A stretch of 54,732 nt of DNA from a virus (IMGVR_UViG_3300029288_000078:1-54732); one strand, 5' to 3'. Shown: positions 37,059 to 47,077, counted from the stretch's first letter. A program made the numbers and translations. The notes: generated from the letters alone by a model not told the origin.

Positions 37059-37137
37059 AATGTTTCCTTTTTTTTGTTTACTTTTAATATTTCATAAAAG
37101 TAACATTTTTTATAAAAAAGGAAAATAGGGTGGAGAA

Positions 37138-37860
37138 TTATTCTTGGAAATAGCAAATCTCTGTTTGCTTTTCTACGGATATTTTTAAATCTTCATAAGG
37201 TTTAAAAACACGAATTCGCTGTTTGATAGATTCATATGCAGCACCACTATCGCCGTCGGTGTTTTTAATCCAATATGCCAGAGCCTTCGTATTATTCCAG
37301 CTGCAAAATTGCATAAGAGTGTACGCGCTTGCGAGGCCGGAATTATGATGCCCGTTCCAGCAATGGTCTAACATTACTTTATTGTTATCTATGTGCCACT
37401 TGACTAAAGTTAATAATTCTTTTGGTTTTGACTTTGGATCGATCTGTAAATATCGTAAAGAATTTTTCAAGCATACGATGTTTTTTTGTGCTGTATCAAA
37501 ATTAGTTGTGTAGTTATATACTGAAGTTTGTATGCCGGCCTTGCATAAATTTTCTAATGCTATGGGAGGCAATGGATTCATATTACTTCTTGGTGTTGGC
37601 AAATAGGTGTTATTACCACCGCTTCGATATAGAGTATGCTTGAGTACGACGCGAAAATTACGGGTGCCGTAAAGTTCTGGTATTCCTTTACCTGATTCGC
37701 TTATGGCTTTATCATATAAATTAGTAAGTCCAAAATCATTTTCAACGGTATTTGTGACAATGCTATTGGTTTGACTGTTTACTTCTTGTGAGCCGCAGCC
37801 GTAAAGCATATAATAGCAAATAAGAGCAATAATGGAGAGAATTGCAATTTTTATTTTCAT
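37138..37860 (-). CDS. Putative lipoprotein with a PTP/dual-specificity phosphatase-like fold
   Basis: Signal peptide with LYGC lipobox; LYRSG and HCWNGHHNSG (CX5R Arg replaced). Confidence 0.55.
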   Translation of the reverse strand: MKIKIAILSIIALICYYMLYGCGSQEVNSQTNSIVTNTVENDFGLTNLYDKAISESGKGIPELYGTRNFRVVLKHTLYRSGGNNTYLPTPRSNMNPLPPIALENLCKAGIQTSVYNYTTNFDTAQKNIVCLKNSLRYLQIDPKSKPKELLTLVKWHIDNNKVMLDHCWNGHHNSGLASAYTLMQFCSWNNTKALAYWIKNTDGDSGAAYESIKQRIRVFKPYEDLKISVEKQTEICYFQE

Positions 37861-38495
37861 AACATTATTTCCGTTCTTCCTCTTGGAAAACACAAAACTC
37901 TGACACCATTAACTGTTTTATCGAATAAGGAACTGGGGTGTACGTGGCCGATACAGATAGTATCGCATCCTAAATTTGCTGCGTATTGAGCTAATTGTTT
38001 TGCTTCTGAATTAGATATACTGCCGTTACGTTTTGCAAGCATTTTTTGAATAAATCCGCTATCTCCGCCAGCTTTATTGTTTCTAAAATCATTGGCTTTA
38101 CTCTCGCCCCACAAAATATAATCCCCATGTGTCATGCAGATATGTCCATCCGCAATTGTGTATCGAGAAGAGCCTGATCCTGCGACCTCGTGATTTCCTA
38201 AAATATATCGCTCGCCGTAAACTAATTGTAATTTTTCAAAATCAGAATTAATTGTGAATAGATCTCCTGAAGAACAGTTCTTACGTTCCTTGATATCACC
38301 TAAAAGCCAAATATTCTTTTTTTCTATAGTTGCTTTGTCATGAGGAATAATTACGCCCGTTTTTAGATAAGGAGATCCTTCATGTAGATCGGTCATTATC
38401 GTATAAAGTTTTTTTTGCTTTATAAGATTCATAGTTTCTGCGGTTTCGGTGGCTGGTTTGTTAAAAAAACCTAATACACTGTCTAATAATCCCAT
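37857..38495 (-). CDS. Calcineurin-like metallophosphoesterase
   Basis: TDLH, LGD, GNHE, THGD and GHVH. Confidence 0.85.
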   Translation of the reverse strand: MGLLDSVLGFFNKPATETAETMNLIKQKKLYTIMTDLHEGSPYLKTGVIIPHDKATIEKKNIWLLGDIKERKNCSSGDLFTINSDFEKLQLVYGERYILGNHEVAGSGSSRYTIADGHICMTHGDYILWGESKANDFRNNKAGGDSGFIQKMLAKRNGSISNSEAKQLAQYAANLGCDTICIGHVHPSSLFDKTVNGVRVLCFPRGRTEIML

Positions 38496-38506
38496 AATGT
38501 TTCTCC

Positions 38507-39139
38507 TTATAAATTCAGTAAATTTTTGCCTCTGGGCAGTGAAATAACTCTAATACCGTTGACGATCTGATCAAATTTCACTTCCACGTGTCTGTGACCT
38601 GTGATGATTGTATCAATGCCGTTGTAGTGTTGTGCATAAGTAGCGAGGTTTTGAGCATCTGTGGCACTAATTGGAGTGTGATTATTGGCAATGGCTTTTT
38701 GTATGAAACTACTACCTTTACATCTAACTCCAGAATCTCTAAACTGGTTTGCCTTAGCGGTTCCATCTACAGCGTAATCGCCATGAGTTAATAAAATGTG
38801 ACCGTCTATGATTAAATTTGGAATATCTCTGGTCATTTCGTGATTGCCGTTAACATATCTTCCAGTAAATAGAACTTTGTATTTATCGTAATCTCGTTGC
38901 ATGTTTGCGCATTGATTTTTTTCTGCATTTTTAACTTCAAACACATCGCCTAATCCATAAGCATTTTCTGTTAATACTTGCTGGCGTGTAGTGGGTAAAA
39001 TGTGCATATCTGCGTCCATGTAAATACTGTAAAGATGTAAATCCGTATAGAAAGTGTATTGTTTAGTGCCCCAGAATTCATTCTGTCCTAAAGCTATATT
39101 GCTTAACAAAAATAACCAAACGAAAAATAACTTCATCAT
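38507..39139 (-). CDS. Secreted calcineurin-like metallophosphoesterase (paralogue)
   Basis: Signal peptide MMKLFFVWLFLLSNIALG; TDLH, LGD, GNHE, THGD and GHRH. Confidence 0.85.
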   Translation of the reverse strand: MMKLFFVWLFLLSNIALGQNEFWGTKQYTFYTDLHLYSIYMDADMHILPTTRQQVLTENAYGLGDVFEVKNAEKNQCANMQRDYDKYKVLFTGRYVNGNHEMTRDIPNLIIDGHILLTHGDYAVDGTAKANQFRDSGVRCKGSSFIQKAIANNHTPISATDAQNLATYAQHYNGIDTIITGHRHVEVKFDQIVNGIRVISLPRGKNLLNL

Positions 39140-40050
39140 AATTCTCCTTCTGTTAAAACATGATCTACTTGAACGTAATGTGATAATGCGACAATATCCC
39201 AATAATTAGCATCGTTGCCACAAGCAAAATTGCCTCTATTAAAAATATAAAATCCACCAATTTGTTTAAATTCTTGTAAACAGGTAATTAAGCCAGAAAT
39301 GATAGGATCATAACTTTTTTTATTCATTACTGCATCTAGTGTTTTGAACATTAAATTGTTTGGAAATCTAATAGACAAAGAGGCAGCGGCATTTTTGTTG
39401 GCTTGGCTGACTTTACCTTGTTCTATTTTAATAAACAATTGATAAGCCAAAAGCATTGCTCGATAGTTACCCGGAACTATTTGCGAATCAAGAAAGAGGC
39501 TATCATCGGTTAATCCGCGTTCAAATTTAGTAACAGGTAATCCTAGAGCATCAGTCATTAAAACGTACATAGCTGGATTTAAATCGCATCTGTTATCGGT
39601 AGCGTCTGGGCATAATTTACTGTTTTTGTCGATATAGTTTTTCAATTTAAGTAAATACGTCAGATTTTTAGTTTTCGTAGCACCTGCAATAAAGCCAGTT
39701 AGCTGATCTCTGCTAAAGCTATTACTTGTTGATTTGTTGACGTAACTAGGAGCGCGAAACGGTTGACCTTGTTCGTTAAAGAAATTGGCAAAATTATTAA
39801 CATCGCCAATATTACCTAATAAAATCGATAATCCAAGATCGTAAGCGCCATCTCCGTTATCGCAATGTTCTCGCCCGTCTATGTTATTTTTGCGGTTTCC
39901 CGTGGGAATGCCATCGCACCAATATAGTTGTTTTTCGACTGTTTCTGTTAATGTGAATAATTCAGCGTGTTTGATATATGGTTTTGGTGTTTCTTGTGTG
40001 CCATTACAAGCTGTAGCGATCAGTAGCGTGATTACGATTTTTAAACGCAT
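39136..40050 (-). CDS. Putative lipoprotein
   Basis: MRLKIVITLLIATAC lipobox; CDNGDG and SFSRDQ motifs. Confidence 0.65.
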   Translation of the reverse strand: MRLKIVITLLIATACNGTQETPKPYIKHAELFTLTETVEKQLYWCDGIPTGNRKNNIDGREHCDNGDGAYDLGLSILLGNIGDVNNFANFFNEQGQPFRAPSYVNKSTSNSFSRDQLTGFIAGATKTKNLTYLLKLKNYIDKNSKLCPDATDNRCDLNPAMYVLMTDALGLPVTKFERGLTDDSLFLDSQIVPGNYRAMLLAYQLFIKIEQGKVSQANKNAAASLSIRFPNNLMFKTLDAVMNKKSYDPIISGLITCLQEFKQIGGFYIFNRGNFACGNDANYWDIVALSHYVQVDHVLTEGEL

Positions 40051-40082
40051 AGTGCCTCCAAAAGTGTATATTAAAAAGCAGA

Positions 40083-40205
40083 CTACTTTGAAGGATTTTG
40101 TAGTGGAAGAGGTATTACAGATTGCTTTTCGCTGGAATCTTTTGAGCGGTTTAGTTCTTCTAAATATTTTTTTACATCTTTTAATGCATCAGTTAACTCT
40201 GACAT
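40083..40205 (-). CDS. Small hypothetical protein (40 aa, not in the ORF track)
   Basis: MSELTDALKDVKKYLEELNRSKDSSEKQSVIPLPLQNPSK; AGGAG SD; fills the operon gap. Confidence 0.5.
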   Translation of the reverse strand: MSELTDALKDVKKYLEELNRSKDSSEKQSVIPLPLQNPSK

Positions 40206-40215
40206 AATCGAACTC

Positions 40216-42117
40216 CTAACAAGTTTTTTTACGATATAAAACTAGAGCTATAGAAGACGACCAATTATGATCGCCTACATCTTGCGCGGTAGACCAGATA
40301 GATTTAATACGCATGTTATGCCCTAACCGTGAAGTATCCTTAGATGGTATTTCATAACTACCCACGTCTTCCATGTTGTAACAAGGAATAAATCTAAACA
40401 ACACAATTTCAGAAGTAAAGATATTAAATTGTCCATATCCTGTATCGTTAAATATTATATTATCAAAAGATTTAGTTACTGTATTATAGGTAGCATCCCA
40501 AAAACCAAGAGGGGTGACTCCAAACTCATTTGGAACCATCTCAACTAGTTTAGCTGTAGATAAATCCACATATTTATTTCCATACCCAACAGGAACTGCA
40601 ACAACTATTCCCGATATCACCATAAACCCTGTACCAGCTTGGTCTATAACTGGTGTCACCTGTGGAACGATAACTCCTTCTACACAGTCTTGATCTGCTC
40701 CTCGCCATTGAACCATTGCGGTATTAATATGTGTTTCGTTAATAATAGCGTTGATATCAAAGTACTTAATACCAGTAGCAGCATCACCTATCGCATGTCT
40801 GAAAGAGAGTTTTTCACCACCTGCAATGCTAGATTGGTCTGTAGCGTTATCTCCTTGAGATGAGAAATAAGTATAAGTACCAATAGGACGTGGAGTTGTT
40901 GCGATTAAAGGCTTGCCATCAACACTTTTAGGAGTAACAGTATCGGTTTTTACCGGAGTATTACTAAAAGTATTTGCAATATCTACTTGATCAAGAGACT
41001 GGAAATGAACCCAATCAATTTTTACATTATTTGTGGTAGTGATAGTATTATTAGTTACTTTAATGCATATAGAAAGCGGATCGTATGCGTCTGGTATCCT
41101 GTCTTTATGCGTTACTAATAAAACGTCATCTATAAGCAAAGAGCATTGACCATTGGTGACTTCAATGGTAAAGATATGATCCTTATTTGTTTTACCGCCT
41201 TTAGGAATAGAAACCTGTGTGGCTTGTGTTTCTATTTCTGATAGAGCGCTAGATGTTCTAAATGTAACTTTTGTTTCATCCGTTCCCGTTATCATAACAC
41301 CAACACTACTGCCGTTTAGTTCATGAACGCCCATGCATATTTCTTGTCCAGAAATACGCTTATCTATATTTACTTTAAACGATAATCGTAATGGTAAATA
41401 GTCCATGAATTTTTCTAATTCAGCAGAAGTGTTACTAGTGGACGATGTAAATATTAACCATGAATTAACTATCGACACTGCTATATTTTCACTAATGGTA
41501 GGTAGCCAATTGGACGATATAGCCGTTCCATTTCCTGTAGAACCTTTGTATTTAGAATATAATTCAAAGGAACGACTTGTGGTAAGTTGTCCTTGCGTAA
41601 ATGCTATATCTGAGTCTGTAGATAATTTAATGTACGGAAAAAGAGTTTTCATCTGAGACAAATCAGCATTATTAGATAAAACTACATCAGACTGATTACT
41701 AAATTCAAAAACTCCTGTGAGCGTTTGAAATAAAGAATCGCCATGAAAGTTATCTCTAAAAGAACCTTCATCTGTAAACGTTTGTCCACGAGTGACTAAG
41801 TTACCAGCTCCATCGGTTTTAGATGGTCTGTTTCCAATTTTATAAGCTCGCGGTGTAGGTAAATAATCGTTTTGTTGCTCTGTAATACTAATTGATTTAT
41901 TTAATTCACTTTCAGAAGGGGTACCTAAATGTGCAGTAACTAAAGCGTTTAACATGTCAACATCTTCGATAGATAAATCGGATCTAAAATAAATATCTAC
42001 ATTATCGCCAAAAGCATTTATGTAATCTAACACTATAGAAATAGAACTTGCTTTTATTTCTTCTGTTAAACTATCTACCGAAAGAGGGTTTATTGTATAA
42101 GTAAATACTTTAGACAT
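40216..42117 (-). CDS. Putative structural/tail protein with a beta-sandwich domain
   Basis: Ser/Thr-rich, beta-strand pattern; in the tail-like operon. Confidence 0.5.
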   Translation of the reverse strand: MSKVFTYTINPLSVDSLTEEIKASSISIVLDYINAFGDNVDIYFRSDLSIEDVDMLNALVTAHLGTPSESELNKSISITEQQNDYLPTPRAYKIGNRPSKTDGAGNLVTRGQTFTDEGSFRDNFHGDSLFQTLTGVFEFSNQSDVVLSNNADLSQMKTLFPYIKLSTDSDIAFTQGQLTTSRSFELYSKYKGSTGNGTAISSNWLPTISENIAVSIVNSWLIFTSSTSNTSAELEKFMDYLPLRLSFKVNIDKRISGQEICMGVHELNGSSVGVMITGTDETKVTFRTSSALSEIETQATQVSIPKGGKTNKDHIFTIEVTNGQCSLLIDDVLLVTHKDRIPDAYDPLSICIKVTNNTITTTNNVKIDWVHFQSLDQVDIANTFSNTPVKTDTVTPKSVDGKPLIATTPRPIGTYTYFSSQGDNATDQSSIAGGEKLSFRHAIGDAATGIKYFDINAIINETHINTAMVQWRGADQDCVEGVIVPQVTPVIDQAGTGFMVISGIVVAVPVGYGNKYVDLSTAKLVEMVPNEFGVTPLGFWDATYNTVTKSFDNIIFNDTGYGQFNIFTSEIVLFRFIPCYNMEDVGSYEIPSKDTSRLGHNMRIKSIWSTAQDVGDHNWSSSIALVLYRKKTC

Positions 42118-42119
42118 TA

Positions 42120-42863
42120 TTACGATCCTATTCTGATTAATACCATTGTTCTGGCGTTTACAGTTAATGATCCAGTATTGTCACATGCAACTCTCACACT
42201 ACACGTTTCTGATCCGTTAAAGGACAAAACCGCCTGCGTTGTATCTACCATTGTTTGATTAGAATGAGCGGTGTCTTGTTGACGTAAGGATTCTACCACT
42301 TGCGTACCATTTTTATAAAAAACCCAGAAATGCGCTTTAGGTGTCGTCGTGTAATAAACAGAAGCGTTATACCAGCAAGCATATGTTCCTGCTTGCGGAG
42401 TAACATTTAAACCTGTTATGGGAACAAATGTAGGATTTCTACTAGAAGTAATGAACGCTGTAGAAGAAGTAATATTATAATTAATAATTCCAGAAGCGAT
42501 TGAGTTTGCAAGCACCTGCCAAAAAAACCAATTACCCGCAATAGTAGTGTTATCTTGTACATAAAGATACGCAATAGAATTTCTATCTATAGTAAGAATA
42601 GATACACCACTACCATCTTTAACCGTAACGAGCTGATTTGTATCGTTTGCAATTACATAATGAACGCTTAAACCCAAAGTATTAGCAGCAGGCAAAACAA
42701 CAGAAAACCCCGTTGCCGAACCAGATAAAAATTGTAAACACCTAGATAATGCCGTTAATATGAGAGTGCCGTTAAGAATTGTGGTGGTATTAGTTGAATT
42801 GAGCTGTAGAGAATTTACTGTTAATAGCTCTTCGACTGCTAAATTATTTATTGGTAAAGTCAT
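42120..42863 (-). CDS. Putative tail fibre/structural protein
   Basis: VVLPAANTL...YVIAND.. fibre-like module plus a C1q-like beta C-terminus. Confidence 0.5.
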   Translation of the reverse strand: MTLPINNLAVEELLTVNSLQLNSTNTTTILNGTLILTALSRCLQFLSGSATGFSVVLPAANTLGLSVHYVIANDTNQLVTVKDGSGVSILTIDRNSIAYLYVQDNTTIAGNWFFWQVLANSIASGIINYNITSSTAFITSSRNPTFVPITGLNVTPQAGTYACWYNASVYYTTTPKAHFWVFYKNGTQVVESLRQQDTAHSNQTMVDTTQAVLSFNGSETCSVRVACDNTGSLTVNARTMVLIRIGS

Positions 42864-43273
42864 GATGACTCACCATTGTAAATGGTAGACCAACGCACAT
42901 CCGCAGTTAATACTTGATTAGCGTTTGCATTAATTACAAATCCGTTTGCAGTTTGCGACTCGTAAGTCCACACGCGAGGTTCACCGCTTAATATTTGTGG
43001 TGTGTAGTTTGCGTCAGGATAAGGCGTTCCAAAAACAACAGACGCTTTCTTGGGATTACCTGCAAAATTGGTTTTAATAACCATTCCAGATTTAGTCGAG
43101 AGTGATACCAATTTCCAATCAATATCATTCGAACCGAACTTTTGCCAAAGTTTTGCTTCGCCATCAAGTACAGCTAAAGAACCAATAGGCGCAAGTAACC
43201 CAGGAGCCAAATCAGGATTTGTATCTACTTCGTGAATTTTTATTTCGTTTATTGTAATACTTCCTGTTGTCAC
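42860..43273 (-). CDS. Putative tail fibre-associated protein
   Basis: APIGS...W.K.G.ND.DW module shared with the 613 aa protein; VVFGTPYPDANY H-lectin/gp53-like C-terminus. Confidence 0.55.
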   Translation of the reverse strand: MTTGSITINEIKIHEVDTNPDLAPGLLAPIGSLAVLDGEAKLWQKFGSNDIDWKLVSLSTKSGMVIKTNFAGNPKKASVVFGTPYPDANYTPQILSGEPRVWTYESQTANGFVINANANQVLTADVRWSTIYNGESS

Positions 43274-43332
43274 CGTTTAGTCATCCTAGTTTAATAATAA
43301 TTCTACTAATTCATATGAAACCATTAATAAAA

Positions 43333-45174
43333 TTAAGCAAGTACTTGAATAAAGTAAGTAATCGCCCAATCAACATTGTAAGCTCCGCCTGTAACGTTAA
43401 TTACTGCGTTAGTTCCACTTAGAGCTAATGTACCATCCCAAGCTTTAACGTCTTCAGAAGTATAGTCAGCTTGTAATGTGTTTATAGAACATACTCCGCC
43501 AACATTCTTATATCGAGCTGTACGAACATAAGCAGCGCTATCACCAGTGGTTGGATTGCGCCCCATAATACGAGCTTCAATTAAGTATTCAGTGTCAGTA
43601 GTAAGCGCGATAATAACGGCAGTAGCAACGGTTGCGTTTACTGTTTGCAAGCTACCTTGAAATACTTCCCAATTTGCTTTTGGATGGGCAGTATCAGCAT
43701 AGCGAATTGGAGCATTAAACAAAGAACTTCCGGCTACGTGTAAAGAACGAGAAGGAGTTGCAGTGCCAATACCTAGACGGCTATTTACAATATCCCAGAA
43801 CAGATTAATGCTTTGTGCTGGTAATCCTGTAGAAGCAGCTCCGAAATATAGTTGGTTAGGTTGCATTGCTGAATATTCAACAATTGCATTTGAACTAGAG
43901 TACATTAAGCGGTTGTTATTTAGCGCTGTACCTGAATTTGTGCCGCCATTTGCAATCGGTAATATTCCAGAAACTTCACTTGTTAACACTACTGCACTGG
44001 AGCTTAAAACGCCTGCTGCACTAGAATGAACAACGCCTAATCCTAAAGAAGAGATTGTAATATTAGGAACAGTGAATACACCGGCTACGTATGTAAAACC
44101 AGCTGTAGAAATCAGGTTATTAGCGTCTTGCCAGTAAGCGATTTGCCCAGAAACGCCAAGAGTACCGTCAGGCCGCATAACAAACGTGCCGGCGGTATTT
44201 GCATAATTTTGTACACGGTTGGCGGATAAGTTATTTTGATTTAAAGATAAAACGTAAGGATTTGCGCCAACTTGAGAATCCCAACCTTGACGATTTGCAG
44301 AAACTTTCCAAAATCCAGTAACACTTATACCATTGGCAGTAGTGAGAGGTCCTTCTGCTAAGGTAAGATTTCCAGCGCCAGTCATAGTTACGGTAGTTAA
44401 ACCGATAAGCGCATTTACAGTAGCTGCGTTCGGAGTTGTGCCACCAAGATCAATAACAACAGAAGTGCCATTATCAGAAATCAAAGCCAAGCCACCAAGG
44501 CCAGAATCGATAATAGTTACTGTTTTGCCGTTTCCTAATGTACCAAGTGCCGTAGCTGCCCAACCTGTATTTACATTGATAACGCCGGCAACAGAAGCTG
44601 CGGTATTTTCTTCAATTTCAATACCAGATCCACCGGCTGAACCTGCTGCACCACCCTTATTAATTCGAATTAGCTTATCGGTAACTTCTAGGTTAGTGGT
44701 ATTGAGATAAGACAGTGTTCCGTTAACCGTGATGCCGTCCATAAAGGTTTTTAAGCCATAAATGGTTTGTGCGCCTTGTGTTAAAACAAAGTCAGCAGCA
44801 GATATGCCATTGCCGGGGTTTGGTATTCTATATTCAATTGCAACAGAACGAGCGGGCTGTGCCTCAATAGCTACATCAATGCCGAATCCATTTTGAGGAA
44901 CAACGTCATCTACGGTATAGCCAGTAGCGTTTGTATTATAAATAGGAAGACGTAAATAATTGCCAAGCCCAACGTTGCCTGCGGAAAGCGTGCTGATAGT
45001 ATCCCAATCAGTATCTAATGGGCCAATTTTAAGATAAAAAATACCAACATTGCTGCCGTTTTCGAACATCGCTGTCGAACCAACAGGAGCAGGCGTACCT
45101 AGTCCCGATGAAGGTATTGCGTCTACTGAAAGAACCTCGTGATTATTAACCGTTATTAAGCCTAAAATTGCCAT
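43333..45174 (-). CDS. Putative tail fibre protein
   Basis: Gly/Thr/Ala-rich; QTIYGLKTF, VSGILPIANGGT and RLGIGTATP fibre motifs. Confidence 0.7.
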   Translation of the reverse strand: MAILGLITVNNHEVLSVDAIPSSGLGTPAPVGSTAMFENGSNVGIFYLKIGPLDTDWDTISTLSAGNVGLGNYLRLPIYNTNATGYTVDDVVPQNGFGIDVAIEAQPARSVAIEYRIPNPGNGISAADFVLTQGAQTIYGLKTFMDGITVNGTLSYLNTTNLEVTDKLIRINKGGAAGSAGGSGIEIEENTAASVAGVINVNTGWAATALGTLGNGKTVTIIDSGLGGLALISDNGTSVVIDLGGTTPNAATVNALIGLTTVTMTGAGNLTLAEGPLTTANGISVTGFWKVSANRQGWDSQVGANPYVLSLNQNNLSANRVQNYANTAGTFVMRPDGTLGVSGQIAYWQDANNLISTAGFTYVAGVFTVPNITISSLGLGVVHSSAAGVLSSSAVVLTSEVSGILPIANGGTNSGTALNNNRLMYSSSNAIVEYSAMQPNQLYFGAASTGLPAQSINLFWDIVNSRLGIGTATPSRSLHVAGSSLFNAPIRYADTAHPKANWEVFQGSLQTVNATVATAVIIALTTDTEYLIEARIMGRNPTTGDSAAYVRTARYKNVGGVCSINTLQADYTSEDVKAWDGTLALSGTNAVINVTGGAYNVDWAITYFIQVLA

Positions 45175-45187
45175 GCGTTCTCTCCTT

Positions 45188-45595
45188 TTACACTGTTACT
45201 CTAGCTACGAAACCAACCCACATTGTGTCTATATTTCCGGCATTTTTCGTTCGTATTGTTACATCAGACGTGCCTAAAACATAACCTAAATCCATATTAA
45301 CATGAGACTTTGTGGTATCTACGGTATGCCAGAAGGTTCCTTGGAGTTTGACAGATCCTCCTTCTCGATAAAATAATCCAACTCGTTTGAACGTGGCTCT
45401 ATTAGTATTATTTAATTCTTTGGCTACTAAAGTTACTTCGATTCTAACTACAGTCCATTCAGGAATAGTAAATGTTTGTATATCTTGATAATTCGGTAGG
45501 GTTTGTAGTTTGTTAATTATATCTATAGTGGGAATCGTCGGTATAGGGTTGTTAATTGGCGCTGGTGATCCAAAAAAACCAATATATGACATCAT
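45188..45595 (-). CDS. Putative structural protein, paralogous to the fibre C-terminal domain
   Basis: IEVTLVAK...ATFKRVGLFYREGG resembles IEARIMGR...AAYVRTARYKNVGG. Confidence 0.55.
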   Translation of the reverse strand: MMSYIGFFGSPAPINNPIPTIPTIDIINKLQTLPNYQDIQTFTIPEWTVVRIEVTLVAKELNNTNRATFKRVGLFYREGGSVKLQGTFWHTVDTTKSHVNMDLGYVLGTSDVTIRTKNAGNIDTMWVGFVARVTV

Positions 45596-45609
45596 AAAAG
45601 AACACCCCT

Positions 45610-45870
45610 TTAGGTTTTACTGTAGTGTTCCAATAATCCTGTTTTAATAAGAGAGTCTAAAAGGCTGGTTAAAGCAATAACACGTTGATGATCTACACGA
45701 GAGTTTATAGGAGAAACCTGTAAAGATACTTGTGGGCATTTATAACCATTAATGTTTGATAGTCCATTTTTAACTAACAATATATTACGATCTGTCACCA
45801 CTAAATCCAATAGTTTTTGAGGTATTTCTTTTGTGTAGTAAACTATGTATTTTGCAATTACGCCAGCCAT
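45610..45870 (-). CDS. Hypothetical protein
   Basis: 86 aa in operon. Confidence 0.55.
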   Translation of the reverse strand: MAGVIAKYIVYYTKEIPQKLLDLVVTDRNILLVKNGLSNINGYKCPQVSLQVSPINSRVDHQRVIALTSLLDSLIKTGLLEHYSKT

Positions 45871-45873
45871 TAA

Positions 45874-46227
45874 TTAGCCCCAAATAAACATCTTAAAGCT
45901 GCCACCTGCGGTTGCATTGCCTTGAGCGTGTACAAAGATTTTAGTAGCAGCTGGAATAGTAAAAATACCACCAGCATTAAGCGTTGAGCTACTGAAGCCA
46001 AATCCGGGGGCAACTCGATTAAATAACCGTTTAACTTTGTTTGGATCATCAGGGTTAATCATCATTATTTCGACTTCTTTATCGCTGTTATTCACAAACG
46101 AAAAAACAAAAGCGTCTCTTTCCATTACAGTAATACAAACGGCAGTAGTGTCAGTGGTGCCAGTTAATTGGGCATTGGTTGCTTCAGCATATTGCCATCT
46201 AGGTAGCGATCCTTGAAATATTGTCAT
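45874..46227 (-). CDS. Hypothetical beta-rich (structural?) protein
   Basis: 117 aa, AAGGAG SD; first gene of the minus-strand operon. Confidence 0.6.
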   Translation of the reverse strand: MTIFQGSLPRWQYAEATNAQLTGTTDTTAVCITVMERDAFVFSFVNNSDKEVEIMMINPDDPNKVKRLFNRVAPGFGFSSSTLNAGGIFTIPAATKIFVHAQGNATAGGSFKMFIWG

Positions 46228-46299
46228 CGTAAACTCCTTAAAGTGTCACTTTTTATAATACAATATTATCAGACTTAAAATTTGAAAGGTATACCCCCT

Positions 46300-47076
46300 A
46301 TGCTTGTTTACGGTATTGGAGCTGCACAAATAGCAGACAAAACTGGTGAGACGATAAATATTCAAGGTATTGATACTAATGATCTGCGCTATGTTAACGA
46401 TGAGCACGGAGAACGTTTATCAGATATGCTTGGTGGGATTAAACGATATAAGAAGATTATTACAGAAAAAGATTGTGAAGGTGATTGGCAGAAGAGATGT
46501 TGGAAGGTTGCTAGGGTGCCATTTCTTTATTTTGAAGGTGAGATAAACGAAGATCCTGAACATGAAGACGCTAGAGCAGCAAAGTCATTATTACGGTTTG
46601 TTAATGCACATCCTGAATTGCCTCTCCGAGTAGGAGCCAGTGTGGAAGGTGCTATTGCAGAACGTGGCGGAGAAAAAGGCCAACCTGGATATGGAGATTT
46701 ATTAAAAACCATAGCAAAGGGGATTTCTCTAACCGTCAAGCCTTGTAATCCTGTCTGCCAAGTGTTTATTGCACAAGATTTACAAAAATCAGAACCACCC
46801 TCATTAATTCCAGAAAAATACAGAAAAGCATTACTCGATACTACATTAACGCCTTCTTTTAGAGAAACTAAACTGCAAACGCTTAGGTATCAAGTCGAAA
46901 CTTTACACAAATCAGTTGGCAATCTTTTAGGTCAGTTTACTGATCTTAATTGTAAAGATTGTGGGCATTCTGATCGGTTTTTCAAATCCAGTTCTTCGTG
47001 GCCTAATCACTGCGTTGCCTGCGGCTCTCGGTTTACAATGAAACAGCTTTTTAAAGCCGCAACTAAAGGAACGTGA
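46300..47076 (+). CDS. Prohead (capsid maturation) protease with a C-terminal zinc ribbon
   Basis: DKTGE.I...G.D, NDEH, ASVEG and SLTVKPCN motifs; CKDC...CVAC; start ATG 46300. Confidence 0.75.
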   Translation: MLVYGIGAAQIADKTGETINIQGIDTNDLRYVNDEHGERLSDMLGGIKRYKKIITEKDCEGDWQKRCWKVARVPFLYFEGEINEDPEHEDARAAKSLLRFVNAHPELPLRVGASVEGAIAERGGEKGQPGYGDLLKTIAKGISLTVKPCNPVCQVFIAQDLQKSEPPSLIPEKYRKALLDTTLTPSFRETKLQTLRYQVETLHKSVGNLLGQFTDLNCKDCGHSDRFFKSSSSWPNHCVACGSRFTMKQLFKAATKGT

Positions 47077-47077
47077 C

